Shown: positions 30,026-39,151 of the stretch, piece by piece
How positions within the stretch are numbered: the stretch's first letter is position 1
How the letters are laid out: every line of letters starts with the position of its first letter
Origin: Treponema sp. UBA3649
GTDB lineage: Bacteria; Spirochaetota; Spirochaetia; Treponematales; Treponemataceae
Assembly (NCBI GenBank): GCA_002373325.1
Contig: DFKI01000160.1
Span: 35,525 to 89,983 of the forward strand
Reading direction: 5' to 3'
Length of the DNA stretch: 54,459 nt
The notes under the pieces: model-generated
Database searches by the model: none
Seen by the model: the letters and a program-made list of their open reading frames with translations, nothing else
Told to the model about the DNA's origin: nothing
Position numbers and translations under genes: made by a program

Positions 30026-32248
30026 CTACTCCTCAAAATCAATCTCAACGTCAGCTTTGTTGTAAATATCAATCTGATTTTCAATGTCAATCTTATTTAC
30101 AATCATACCACGTAGTTGACACAACTGTATGAATTCCTGAATTCTATTTTTCCCATATAATTCTTTTAATGTAAGAACTATACCAAACTTCAAATCTTTT
30201 CCGTATTTTTCAGAAAGCCGCTCTGTAGTTTTTAGGCTTATGCCCCAAGATTTTGTTTTATAGGCTTTTTTAGGACGATGTTTAGTTTCTTCAAATTCTC
30301 CTATATGCTTAACATTATCCCATTTCCTGAACAAATCTCTTGCATTGCTCTCTTTTGTAAAAACGTTGTCAGTTTCATTCTGAAGATTTTCATTTATTGA
30401 TGCTATAGAACCATCATCTTTTATTCTTCCAAAATGCAGATCAAGCTCCGTTGTCGTATAATCTACACCTTGATTCCTAAAACATTTAGGAAAATAGCAT
30501 AAAGTTGCTTTTGCTATGAACGGATGATTGTCATTAATAGCAGGAACAGGAATATTATACAGATATGTGTCCCACTTTTCAGATGTACCACTCAGGAAAA
30601 ATCGAATTTCATCATCTTTAGACTGTAAAATATCAGTAATCTTTACAGGAACAATACCAAATCCAATTTCATAATTAGATGAATTCTGTTTGTTCCAACC
30701 AGCAGCACAATCAATAAGCAATGCCTTTGCGACTTCCCTACTTAATCCTATAACTTGCATCATATAAGCCATTTTTCTTGCAATCCAAGGAGCTGCAAAC
30801 GAAGTTCCAGTTCTGACTACTTTTCCATTTGAAAAATAGACATTCATTTCTTTTGAATCATCTCCACCATAATAACTCACATCTGGTTTTGTAAAGAAAG
30901 ACAGAACTGGGCCTTTTCTTGTATATGAGGCTGGCAGATTATCGAATGACACTGAATTAACGACAATAGAATTGATTGAATCCGCAGGAGAGCCGATTTT
31001 AACCTGATTTTTTGAAGTCTTGTTTGTACCTGCAACAATAAAAATTATATCTGGATAATCATATTGCAGATTATCCAACAAAGCTGCCACAGGCGAAATA
31101 AAATTATCTTCGATTTCAGACTCAGCTCCCAAGCTAAGATTCCATACATGAATGTCTCTATTTGTCTGGACTATATCTCGGATTTGCCGAAGCAAAGTAA
31201 ACACACTGTATTTTTTTCCAGCTGCAACGCCAAAGTGCCTTACGCGAAAACGACCACAGCCATCGTCAATATCTTTGTTTAGCGTTGGCCCATCAACAAT
31301 AATTGAATCCACCATAGTACCATGGTGCTCATCTTCCCAGGTTGTTGTAATATTCGGGTCAACAAGTTTTACATAATCAACCCATTTTGAAAAATAGACA
31401 CTCTTATCAAAAAGTGTGTCTATTACGCCAATAACAGGTTCATTTGTCGGCTCTGGAATAGGAATGTCTTTGTCAATTTCATCGTCTGAAATATCAGCAA
31501 ATACATATTTTGAAAAATCTGGCGTTGCCATTGCAATTAGATATGGCGCACTATTTTTTAAAATAGAATACTGTGTTGGATTTAACAAAAAAGTATTGTC
31601 ATCAAATTTGTTTATATTCAGATAATCCAAATCTATTTTTCTAAAGATTTCTCTATACGGAATTCCAATATCGTACAAAGTTATAACTTGGCTTTCTGTT
31701 AATTCAGGTCTGTCTTTATCAACATCAAGCTTTTCCAGATATACAGAATCTGCAACAATATTGATAAAACAGTTCTTCGACATTACATCCGATTTAAATG
31801 GAATTTCATTGTGCATTATTGCAGAGATTTGCTCATTTGTAAGTTTTCCATCAAAATCATCAATCAAAATACTTATCGCCTCATCAATCATTTTTAATGA
31901 CTCAATGAGAGATTTGTTTTCCATACAATAGGTAATGATATGTTTTGGATCTTTATCTTTGCTGAATTTTGCACCTACGATCAAATCGTTTGTCTTCTTT
32001 CCTTTTTCACTTAAGAGAGATTGAATTCTATTACTTTTTGCTATTACATCTATATAGTAGGCTGTAACCAAGACTTTGTTTATGATTGTGTTTTCTTGCC
32101 AATATTGAACAATAGAATTCAATTCATTTCGCAAGGTTTGTAAATGTGAGGCTTCGACAATTTTGTTTGCAGGAATATGACGTGCAGAAAAGCCACCGGT
32201 ATTTGACTTTTGTTCAAACTCAGCTTTTATTTGAAGGATACTATTCAT
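30026..32248 (-). CDS. S8 subtilisin-like protease, IetS-like
   Basis: Catalytic triad GVIDT / HGTMV / GTSFAAP, NLSLG; no signal peptide; overlaps the ATPase gene. Confidence 0.9.
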   Translation of the reverse strand: MNSILQIKAEFEQKSNTGGFSARHIPANKIVEASHLQTLRNELNSIVQYWQENTIINKVLVTAYYIDVIAKSNRIQSLLSEKGKKTNDLIVGAKFSKDKDPKHIITYCMENKSLIESLKMIDEAISILIDDFDGKLTNEQISAIMHNEIPFKSDVMSKNCFINIVADSVYLEKLDVDKDRPELTESQVITLYDIGIPYREIFRKIDLDYLNINKFDDNTFLLNPTQYSILKNSAPYLIAMATPDFSKYVFADISDDEIDKDIPIPEPTNEPVIGVIDTLFDKSVYFSKWVDYVKLVDPNITTTWEDEHHGTMVDSIIVDGPTLNKDIDDGCGRFRVRHFGVAAGKKYSVFTLLRQIRDIVQTNRDIHVWNLSLGAESEIEDNFISPVAALLDNLQYDYPDIIFIVAGTNKTSKNQVKIGSPADSINSIVVNSVSFDNLPASYTRKGPVLSFFTKPDVSYYGGDDSKEMNVYFSNGKVVRTGTSFAAPWIARKMAYMMQVIGLSREVAKALLIDCAAGWNKQNSSNYEIGFGIVPVKITDILQSKDDEIRFFLSGTSEKWDTYLYNIPVPAINDNHPFIAKATLCYFPKCFRNQGVDYTTTELDLHFGRIKDDGSIASINENLQNETDNVFTKESNARDLFRKWDNVKHIGEFEETKHRPKKAYKTKSWGISLKTTERLSEKYGKDLKFGIVLTLKELYGKNRIQEFIQLCQLRGMIVNKIDIENQIDIYNKADVEIDFEE

Positions 32249-33290
32249 TCTCTGCTACCGCCTGCAACTCTCTAGAAACTTGGCTTTTTGAAATACCCGA
32301 CAATATTTCGATTTCCCTAACAGTGAAGCCTTGTTCTCTCAATTTTACAATATCAATTTCTTTTTCGTGCAACAAATCCTTATAGATTCTTCGCAGGTAA
32401 TCAAATTCGTCGCCAACTTTACTAAATGCAATAGAAGTTTTTATTATGTTTTTCAAATCTCCTGGATAGGGCAGTTCAACTGCTAATTGCATGATTTTCT
32501 TAAAAATTCTTATGTTCTTTCCTGCAAATTTAAATTTATTCAGATAAAAATCTAGTATGACTTCCGATATTTCAATTAAATCTTCTTTTGTATAACGGTT
32601 AAAATCAATAACCTTGTCAAATCTTCTAATCAAAGCCTTATCAAACGAGTCGTATAAATTTGTAGTTGCAATCAAAACAATTTTTTCATTTAAATTATCA
32701 AACCCCTTCAATATGGCCGAAGTTGCTCTGCCCATTTCCCTCAAATCATTGGAATTCGTTCTGTCCATTGCAATTGAATCAATTTCATCAAATAAGATTA
32801 TAATTTTATTCGGCTGCGGAAGTTCATTCATTTGCTTGAACATTTCTGCAATATTCTTTGCAGTTTGTCCAAGTTTACTGTCTATTATTGATTCAAAATC
32901 AACAAAAAATAATTCTCTGTCAAGGATTCTTGCCATTTGCTTTGCAGATTCCGTTTTTCCAGTACCAGGTGCACCATAAAATAAATATTTATTTATTCCG
33001 ACATTGTGAGCTATTGCATTTGCAATACCTACCAAATCGTCTTTTATAGACTCAGGAAGAGGAAGCGGTTCCTGATTTATTGGCATTTTTCTAAAGAAGG
33101 AATTATCTGTTTCCGTCATTTGTGGCATAAAAGTATTGGTACTTGAAAGTTGAGCCATTATATACTCTGCTAATTGAAAATCTCCGGCAGCATCGAAATC
33201 TCTGGCAATCTCATAAGCCTCATTTCTAAAGGCACTGTCATTTTTTTCAGAGTAATATTTTATTAAGTTAAGGATATTCTTTTTCTTCAT
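32241..33290 (-). CDS. AAA+ ATPase, IetA-like, with C-terminal HTH
   Basis: GAPGTGKT, LFDEID, ATTNL..DKALIRRFD; C-terminal GFTVREIEILSGISKSQVSREL. Confidence 0.9.
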   Translation of the reverse strand: MKKKNILNLIKYYSEKNDSAFRNEAYEIARDFDAAGDFQLAEYIMAQLSSTNTFMPQMTETDNSFFRKMPINQEPLPLPESIKDDLVGIANAIAHNVGINKYLFYGAPGTGKTESAKQMARILDRELFFVDFESIIDSKLGQTAKNIAEMFKQMNELPQPNKIIILFDEIDSIAMDRTNSNDLREMGRATSAILKGFDNLNEKIVLIATTNLYDSFDKALIRRFDKVIDFNRYTKEDLIEISEVILDFYLNKFKFAGKNIRIFKKIMQLAVELPYPGDLKNIIKTSIAFSKVGDEFDYLRRIYKDLLHEKEIDIVKLREQGFTVREIEILSGISKSQVSRELQAVAENE

Positions 33291-33307
33291 ACTTCGTACC
33301 CAAGTTT

Positions 33308-33347
33308 ATAATAATCCCAAAGGGACAAATTGTCAACAATAGGGACA
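33308..33347 (-). promoter_or_regulatory. ietA promoter with repeated operator-like motifs
   Basis: TTGACA-N17-TATTAT; AGGGACA at 33321 and 33341; TCCCAAAGGGA palindrome in the spacer. Confidence 0.6.
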
Positions 33348-33622
33348 GTCAAAAATAAATATTTTGTTTTTTGGTACAAATTTACATTGACAAAACAAAG
33401 CATATAAGATGTCTTTGTATCGTTTTAATTGTGTCATAAAATTTTTTTCATCCGTATATCCTTATCTACTCATCAAGATAACCTAACCCCATCCATCAAG
33501 GCACCCCATCCCATTCATCTTGACAATCGTACCTGATTCATCAAGATGAAATCTCTCAAATCCCCCGATAAATCCGCATAAAACGCCGCAAATTCGGGAT
33601 AAAATTGCAACAAAAGCCGGAT

Positions 33623-33664
33623 AAAAAAAAGGAGGCCGGCACGCCAAAAAAAGCACCGGTCTCC
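33623..33664 (-). terminator. Intrinsic terminator downstream of the HU-like gene
   Basis: GGAGACCGG...CCGGCCTCC stem followed by a T8 run on the minus strand. Confidence 0.65.
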
Positions 33665-33762
33665 CAAATATTGTTTTTCATAACGGAATGTCCTTTCCGG
33701 TCTTTGCCGGATTTTTTTACATAAACCCTTCCGCCGTTATCCGGTCGGGCTTACCAATTCAT

Positions 33763-34203
33763 TCAGTCGCCCGTGCCTGTCGGATTTGCTTCATCGCTTA
33801 TGTACTTGGCATCAAGCTTTACGTACTCGGGCTTAGCAAGTTTTGCGCTCAGCATTGAGTCCGGGGTATACATAACCTTTACTCCGGCAATGTCGTTAGC
33901 CGTAACGCTTCCCGCTTTTTCGTGCCCCTTGCAGGTCTCTGCGGTTTTTAGCCCCAGCTTGAAGATTCCAAAGCTGTCGAGCCTTACCTTGTAGCCGAGC
34001 AGCATGTACTTGGGTACGGTAAGAAGCAGGCTTCGGATTACTCCGATTACCTCTGTCGGCGTGAGCGTCGTGCTTGAAGAGATTTCCTCCGCAAGCTGAT
34101 TCACGCCAATCTCTGCAATATAAGCAGGGGCAGGATAAAACTTGCCTTCTGCTTCCAAATCACGCGGATTCAACCGCTTTCTACTGACAAATGGAACAGC
34201 CAT
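33763..34203 (-). CDS. HU-related histone-like DNA-binding protein (Bacteroidetes-type long form)
   Basis: LAEEISSSTTLTPTEV...GYKVRLDSFGIFK pattern; AGGAGG before ATG 34203, so the track start at 34398 is too long. Confidence 0.8.
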   Translation of the reverse strand: MAVPFVSRKRLNPRDLEAEGKFYPAPAYIAEIGVNQLAEEISSSTTLTPTEVIGVIRSLLLTVPKYMLLGYKVRLDSFGIFKLGLKTAETCKGHEKAGSVTANDIAGVKVMYTPDSMLSAKLAKPEYVKLDAKYISDEANPTGTGD

Positions 34204-34437
34204 AACTGTACCTCCTGTAAATAACTCAAACTGTTTTGCATTCCCATAGAAGGCAGTACAATCTAGTTCGACGAACATTCGACTTGTACCGTTTTTGGCT
34301 GCAAAATCCAGTTCTAATAGGACAAAACTAGGCAAAACATTCGACTTTTTCACCCGCTCTGACATCTTCACTATATCACAGAAAAGATTTAAAGTCAAAT
34401 TTTATTCGATTTTTTCACCTATTTTCACAAGTTTTTA

Positions 34438-34466
34438 TTGAACTCTACCGAAAATAGTTATATAAT
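34438..34466 (+). promoter_or_regulatory. Sigma70-like promoter
   Basis: TTGAAC-N17-TATAAT upstream of ATG 34508. Confidence 0.55.
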
Positions 34467-34507
34467 TTCGCTATAAACGAGAGATTCTTAATCAATCAGG
34501 AATAACA

Positions 34508-35905
34508 ATGTTAGTAAATTTCAGCGTCACCAATTTTTTGTCCTTTAACCAGAGGACCACCTTCAAGATGGAAATCGGGCGCGTCACAAAAAAACTTGAA
34601 CACATACTTGAAGACAGAGACACAGGAAAAAGCCTTTTGAAGTTTTCCGCCATGTTCGGAAAAAATGGAGCGGGAAAGACAAACTTTGTCAGGGCCATGG
34701 CAATCTTGAGGAACTTCGTGCTTGCAGGAAGACTACCCCAAAGGGCACCAGATCTTTGGTGCAAAATCGATGACGAAAACAAAGGCAGACCTACGGATTT
34801 TGAAATCACATTTATCGCAGACAAAAATCTTTACGAATACAGAATCTCCCTTGTGCTTGCGACAGGAATCATAACGAAAGAAGAATTGGTTCATGTTGTG
34901 GGAAACCGGCATACAAAACTCTTCTATAAAGAAAGCTCCGAAAGCCCTTACGTTTTTCACCATTCAATAAAAGGACAAAACAAGGACATTGAGGTTTTGA
35001 GCCGCACTTTTGCTCTTAGCGGAAGTCCTTTTTTGTTCAGCAGCAACCACAACACCGACGGATTTTTTGCCACGAACCCTCAGGCAATTCCCCTTCAAAA
35101 GGCGTTTCTCTGGTTCAAGGACACACTCGAAGTGATTTTCCCCGACCAGCCCTTGCAGGAAACTTCTTTGCTCCGGTATGAAATCTGCAAGGATGAGTTC
35201 GCCCAGCTGCTGAAAGATTTTGACACGGGAATAGAAAAAATAAATCTTGATCCCGTAAGCAAGGAAAAGGTCTTTGAGAATTTGGATTTACGCACCCAGC
35301 AGAAGCTGAACCTTGAGATGGCTTTGGTTAGTCCGCTTGTAAAGTTTTCCAGTCTTCAGGAGAAATTGGGAATGCCCCAGAAACAGGGATTGCAAAATGC
35401 CGGATTCTATTCAAGTGTAATCCGCAGCCGGAGGAACATTTTTATCATCACACTAGAAAAAGACGGTGATTTTCATTTTTATGCGGTAAAATTCGTACAC
35501 AATCTTGGCGGAAAGGAAATCGAGTTCAGCATGGAAAGCGAGAGCGACGGAACACATAGACTCTTCCAGCTTTTGGAAATCCTCATCTGCAAAAAGGAAA
35601 AGGTATACATCATGGACGAAATCAACCGAAGCCTGCATCCGAAGCTGACCGTACAGTTTGTAAAGAAATATTTTTCAAATGCGAAAGACAGGAGAATCCA
35701 GCTTGTAACAACAACCCACGAAAGCCGTATCATGAGCCACGACCTCGTGAGACGGGACGAAATCTGGATTGCGGACAAAAACGAAGACGACAGCACGAAG
35801 CTTTTCAGCCTTGAGGACGAGCAGGTCCGCATAGACAAGGTGCTTGACCAGAACTACATGGACAACGTATGGGGCGGAGTACCGGTTTTTAAGGATGAAG
35901 AATAG
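34508..35905 (+). CDS. RloA/AbiLi-like ABC-type (AAA_21) ATPase
   Basis: NFLSF, GKNGAGKTN, ESDGT, MDEINRSLHP, TTHE, RRDEIW. Confidence 0.85.
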   Translation: MLVNFSVTNFLSFNQRTTFKMEIGRVTKKLEHILEDRDTGKSLLKFSAMFGKNGAGKTNFVRAMAILRNFVLAGRLPQRAPDLWCKIDDENKGRPTDFEITFIADKNLYEYRISLVLATGIITKEELVHVVGNRHTKLFYKESSESPYVFHHSIKGQNKDIEVLSRTFALSGSPFLFSSNHNTDGFFATNPQAIPLQKAFLWFKDTLEVIFPDQPLQETSLLRYEICKDEFAQLLKDFDTGIEKINLDPVSKEKVFENLDLRTQQKLNLEMALVSPLVKFSSLQEKLGMPQKQGLQNAGFYSSVIRSRRNIFIITLEKDGDFHFYAVKFVHNLGGKEIEFSMESESDGTHRLFQLLEILICKKEKVYIMDEINRSLHPKLTVQFVKKYFSNAKDRRIQLVTTTHESRIMSHDLVRRDEIWIADKNEDDSTKLFSLEDEQVRIDKVLDQNYMDNVWGGVPVFKDEE

Positions 35906-35936
35906 ACAGAGCCAAAAGTTTTGCATTATCTACGCA
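35478..35936 (+). repeat. Direct repeat copy 1 (459 bp)
   Basis: Matches 38563-39021 with about 19 substitutions by manual count. Confidence 0.95.
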
Positions 35937-36003
35937 GAAATATCAAGTGAATCCGTGTGACACAGGGTCGCATTATCCGCCCCTACAATCCCTAGCACAG
36001 TGT

Positions 36004-37176
36004 TTAATTCTCAATTTCTTTTACATAATCAATGAATTTCTTCAAAGACCAAATTTCACCTTGGTATTGTTGTGGGTATTTCTCAATGTAATCAGTTGGC
36101 ACAACAAGAACAACATTTTCCGATTTCATTTCTTTCAATTGCGAACTTGAGATACCTTGTTGCATGGTGCAAAGAAATTTCTGTCTGGATCTTAATCTAT
36201 CAGCTTCATTTAGTACTTGTCGCCAACGATCTTTGCAAGTTGTTTTTGCGGCAAGAGAAATCAACTTTTCTGTAGAAAATGACATATCGTGATATGCTTT
36301 TTCTGACGGAAAAATGAAGTCAGGTCTCTTATTTCCTTCTGTTACTGCTTGAGCCGTAAATGAAAGGTTATTACCATTGAAAAGAGTACTAAGATGATGT
36401 TCAAGACTTTTTCCTGCTCGGCTTTTTCTACGATTTAAAACTTGATTAGCCATCTCGATAAAGGCATCTACATCCTTAAATCCTTTTGTAATCGTTTCGC
36501 CATATCGAGCATGTTCGACTGCACGAAAAAGATTATATTCAACTGCCGTCCAATCAAGCAATTTTTTATCTGGATTAGTTTGAATATACTCTTTGTGATT
36601 ATAAACTTTATTCTGAATTGATTGAGCTGTAAGCGACATTTCTTCTGAACTTGGAAAATCGACTTTTAAATTTCTTATGAACTCAGCGATTGCAATAGTT
36701 TCTTTTTCTTCCAACGGAATAGTTTTTTGCTCCACAAGCCGATTTGTTTCAGCAGGGCTTAACCCAAAGTAATCAAGAAATCCGTTTATATCATCTTCCA
36801 AATTGAGAACATACGCTTTATATGATGTATCTTTCAATTTTAGAATAACAAGCAAAGCCCCTGTATATTCAGGTTGCAAAAAAGGAAATCCCCGGCCAAA
36901 TCTTGTAATGCGATATTCGTTTCTTGTTCCTTGGCCATAATATTTAAAACATGCAGATGTTTTAAAATCATTCTGCCATATAATTTCGTTAAAAACTTCT
37001 TTATTTTGCCCTTTTACACCTGTCGCGTCAAAAATAAGTGATACAGAGTTTTTTGGAATATAAATACCGTCTTGATGAGCACCAGTTTCACCAGTATCAT
37101 TTGCAGACAAGAATTTACAGAAAATTCTTTCGCTGTTAATTGCGTCTGTTATTGCAAGTGATGATAAATTTTCCAT
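36004..37176 (-). CDS. EcoRII-like type IIE restriction endonuclease
   Basis: KFLSANDTGETGAHQ N-domain; NRRKSRAGKSLEHH, RPDFIFP, KTTCKDRWRQVLNEA. Confidence 0.92.
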   Translation of the reverse strand: MENLSSLAITDAINSERIFCKFLSANDTGETGAHQDGIYIPKNSVSLIFDATGVKGQNKEVFNEIIWQNDFKTSACFKYYGQGTRNEYRITRFGRGFPFLQPEYTGALLVILKLKDTSYKAYVLNLEDDINGFLDYFGLSPAETNRLVEQKTIPLEEKETIAIAEFIRNLKVDFPSSEEMSLTAQSIQNKVYNHKEYIQTNPDKKLLDWTAVEYNLFRAVEHARYGETITKGFKDVDAFIEMANQVLNRRKSRAGKSLEHHLSTLFNGNNLSFTAQAVTEGNKRPDFIFPSEKAYHDMSFSTEKLISLAAKTTCKDRWRQVLNEADRLRSRQKFLCTMQQGISSSQLKEMKSENVVLVVPTDYIEKYPQQYQGEIWSLKKFIDYVKEIEN

Positions 37177-37185
37177 AAATTACTC

Positions 37186-38466
37186 CTATGCAGATTGTTT
37201 ACGTGTTTTTGTAATTCGTTTCACATCTTTTTCATCAACAATATACGGTTTTATGAATTCTGCAACCGCATGAAAAAGCGGAACAACAACAGAATTCCCA
37301 AACTGCTTGTATGCTCTTGTATCCGATACAGGGATAATATAATCATCTGGATAGCCCATTAATCTTGCACATTCCCTTGGTGTCAATCTGCGAGGATTTT
37401 TACCATCCCCTTGCCATACCAAAATTTCTGAGCCATCCTTGTAATACCTTGCCGACAAAGTTCTTGCAATGTCATCAGGCCTTACCAAACCATAACCAAA
37501 TCCGTTTCCCATTGAGCGATGCTTCTGTGCATAAGCTTGTAAATATGCCCAAAGATTATCTGTCAATGTGTATTTATCAAGCACTTTGTTGTTCTCAAAA
37601 TCAAAATACTTGTCACCATCTTGTATCAACTTGGGCTCCGTACCGTCTGTCTTATGCAAAATGCTTGCAAGCTTTATTTCTCCCTTTGGCGGAATAATCA
37701 TGTTTTCTAATGAAAAATCTATTTTTTTCTTAAATCCAACAATTACAATTCTTTCTCTATGCTGAGGAACCCAACTCTGTCCGTCAATAATTCTGTAATC
37801 ACAAGTATAGCCCAAATCTTTCGTAAGTGTTTCCCAAATAACTTCAAAAGTATGACCTTTATCGTGGGATTTTAAGTTCTTAACATTTTCAAGAACAAAT
37901 GCCTTCGGTTGTTTTTCCTTTATTATCCTTGCGACATCAAAGAAAAGAGTTCCTTGAGTTTTATCTTCAAAACCTGTTGGTCTGCCAAGAGATTTTTTCT
38001 TTGACACTCCTGCAATAGAAAACGGCTGACAAGGGAAACCTGCAAGAAGAACATCGTGGTCAGGAATATCCGCTGCATTCACTTTTGTTATGTCACCATT
38101 AATCTGATGTTTCGAAGGATAGTTGTTGCTGTAAGTTTTTTGTGCATACTCGTCCCATTCTGAGGTAAAAAGGCATTTTCCGCCAGCTTGCTCAAAGCCC
38201 TTTCTGATTCCACCAATTCCTGCAAATAAGTCAATAAATGTAAAATCACCTTGCCTATCATCATTTTCTTGTGCTGAAATTTTTCTGGCGAGCATATTTA
38301 CAAGTCTATCAGCTATAAAACTTTTTGGCTCAACGCTACCGTTCATCCAGCGATGAATAGTGCTTTGATTTACTTGGAATTCAGTTGCCATATCTGCGAT
38401 AGAATAATATTGTGCAGATTGCTCAAGGAGTTCTTTTACCGAACCTTGTATATATGTTTTTTCCAT
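37186..38466 (-). CDS. Dcm/EcoRII-like m5C methyltransferase with N-terminal HTH
   Basis: IADMATEFQVNQSTIHRW HTH; DLFAGIGG, GFPCQPFS, ENVKNL, RTLSARYYKDGSEIL; GAGG before ATG 38466. Confidence 0.92.
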   Translation of the reverse strand: MEKTYIQGSVKELLEQSAQYYSIADMATEFQVNQSTIHRWMNGSVEPKSFIADRLVNMLARKISAQENDDRQGDFTFIDLFAGIGGIRKGFEQAGGKCLFTSEWDEYAQKTYSNNYPSKHQINGDITKVNAADIPDHDVLLAGFPCQPFSIAGVSKKKSLGRPTGFEDKTQGTLFFDVARIIKEKQPKAFVLENVKNLKSHDKGHTFEVIWETLTKDLGYTCDYRIIDGQSWVPQHRERIVIVGFKKKIDFSLENMIIPPKGEIKLASILHKTDGTEPKLIQDGDKYFDFENNKVLDKYTLTDNLWAYLQAYAQKHRSMGNGFGYGLVRPDDIARTLSARYYKDGSEILVWQGDGKNPRRLTPRECARLMGYPDDYIIPVSDTRAYKQFGNSVVVPLFHAVAEFIKPYIVDEKDVKRITKTRKQSA

Positions 38467-38492
38467 GATTACCTCAAAAAGGGATATACTAA

Positions 38493-38525
38493 TTGCATTA
38501 TGCAAAATTTATTCCCCATTGTCAA
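38493..38525 (-). promoter_or_regulatory. MTase promoter with palindromic operator
   Basis: TTGACA-N17-CATAAT; TTGCAT-N-ATGCAA at 38493-38505 covers the -10. Confidence 0.6.
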
Positions 38526-38562
38526 TAACCTACAGTTTTATCACCCGACGAAATGTATCTTG

Positions 38563-39021
38563 TTTATGCGGTAAAATTCGTACACAATCTTGGCGGAAAG
38601 GAAATCGAGTTCAGTATGGAAAGCGAGAGTGATGGAACACATAGACTCTTCCAGCTTTTGGAGATACTCATCTGCAAAAAGGAAAAGGTATACATCATGG
38701 ACGAAATCAACCGAAGCCTGCACCCAAAGCTGACCGTACAGTTTGTAAAGAAATATTTTTCAAATGCGAAAGACAGGAGAATCCAGCTTGTGACCACCAC
38801 CCACGAGAGCCGTATCATGAGCCACGACCTCGTGCGACGGGACGAAATCTGGATTGCGGACAAAAACGAAGACGACAGCACGAAGCTTTTCAGCCTTGAG
38901 GACGAGCAGGTCCGCATAGACAAGGTGCTTGACCAGAACTACATGGACAACGTGTGGGGCGGAGTACCGGTGTTTAAGGATGGGGAATAGACAGAGCCGA
39001 AAGTTTTGCGTTATTTACGCA
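38563..39021 (+). pseudogene. Direct repeat copy 2: 3' fragment of the RloA-like ATPase gene
   Basis: Lacks Walker A; nearly identical to 35478-35936. Confidence 0.9.
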
Positions 39022-39116
39022 AAATCGACAAAACCAGTAGTAAAATATTGCAAAAACCTATGCTTATTTTCTACCATTCTCTTTGTTAAAAATATGCCAA
39101 AGTCTGTATCGGATAT

Positions 39117-39145
39117 TTGACAAAATCTGTATTCCCCGGTATAAT
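39117..39145 (+). promoter_or_regulatory. Consensus sigma70 promoter, leaderless
   Basis: TTGACA-N17-TATAAT, then 6 nt to ATG 39152. Confidence 0.7.
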
Positions 39146-39151
39146 GAAATA

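Noticed and set aside
34204-34398. N-terminal extension of the HU-like ORF
   Set aside because: A strong AGGAGG precedes ATG 34203; the extension covers promoter-like DNA
35965-35986. Single GTAG-type REP-like palindrome (GTAGGGGCGGATAATGCGACCC on the minus strand)
   Set aside because: One imperfect copy in the window with no associated transposase; cannot be supported
38553-38990. 145-aa ORF as an independent gene
   Set aside because: Duplicate 3' fragment lacking Walker A and a convincing RBS
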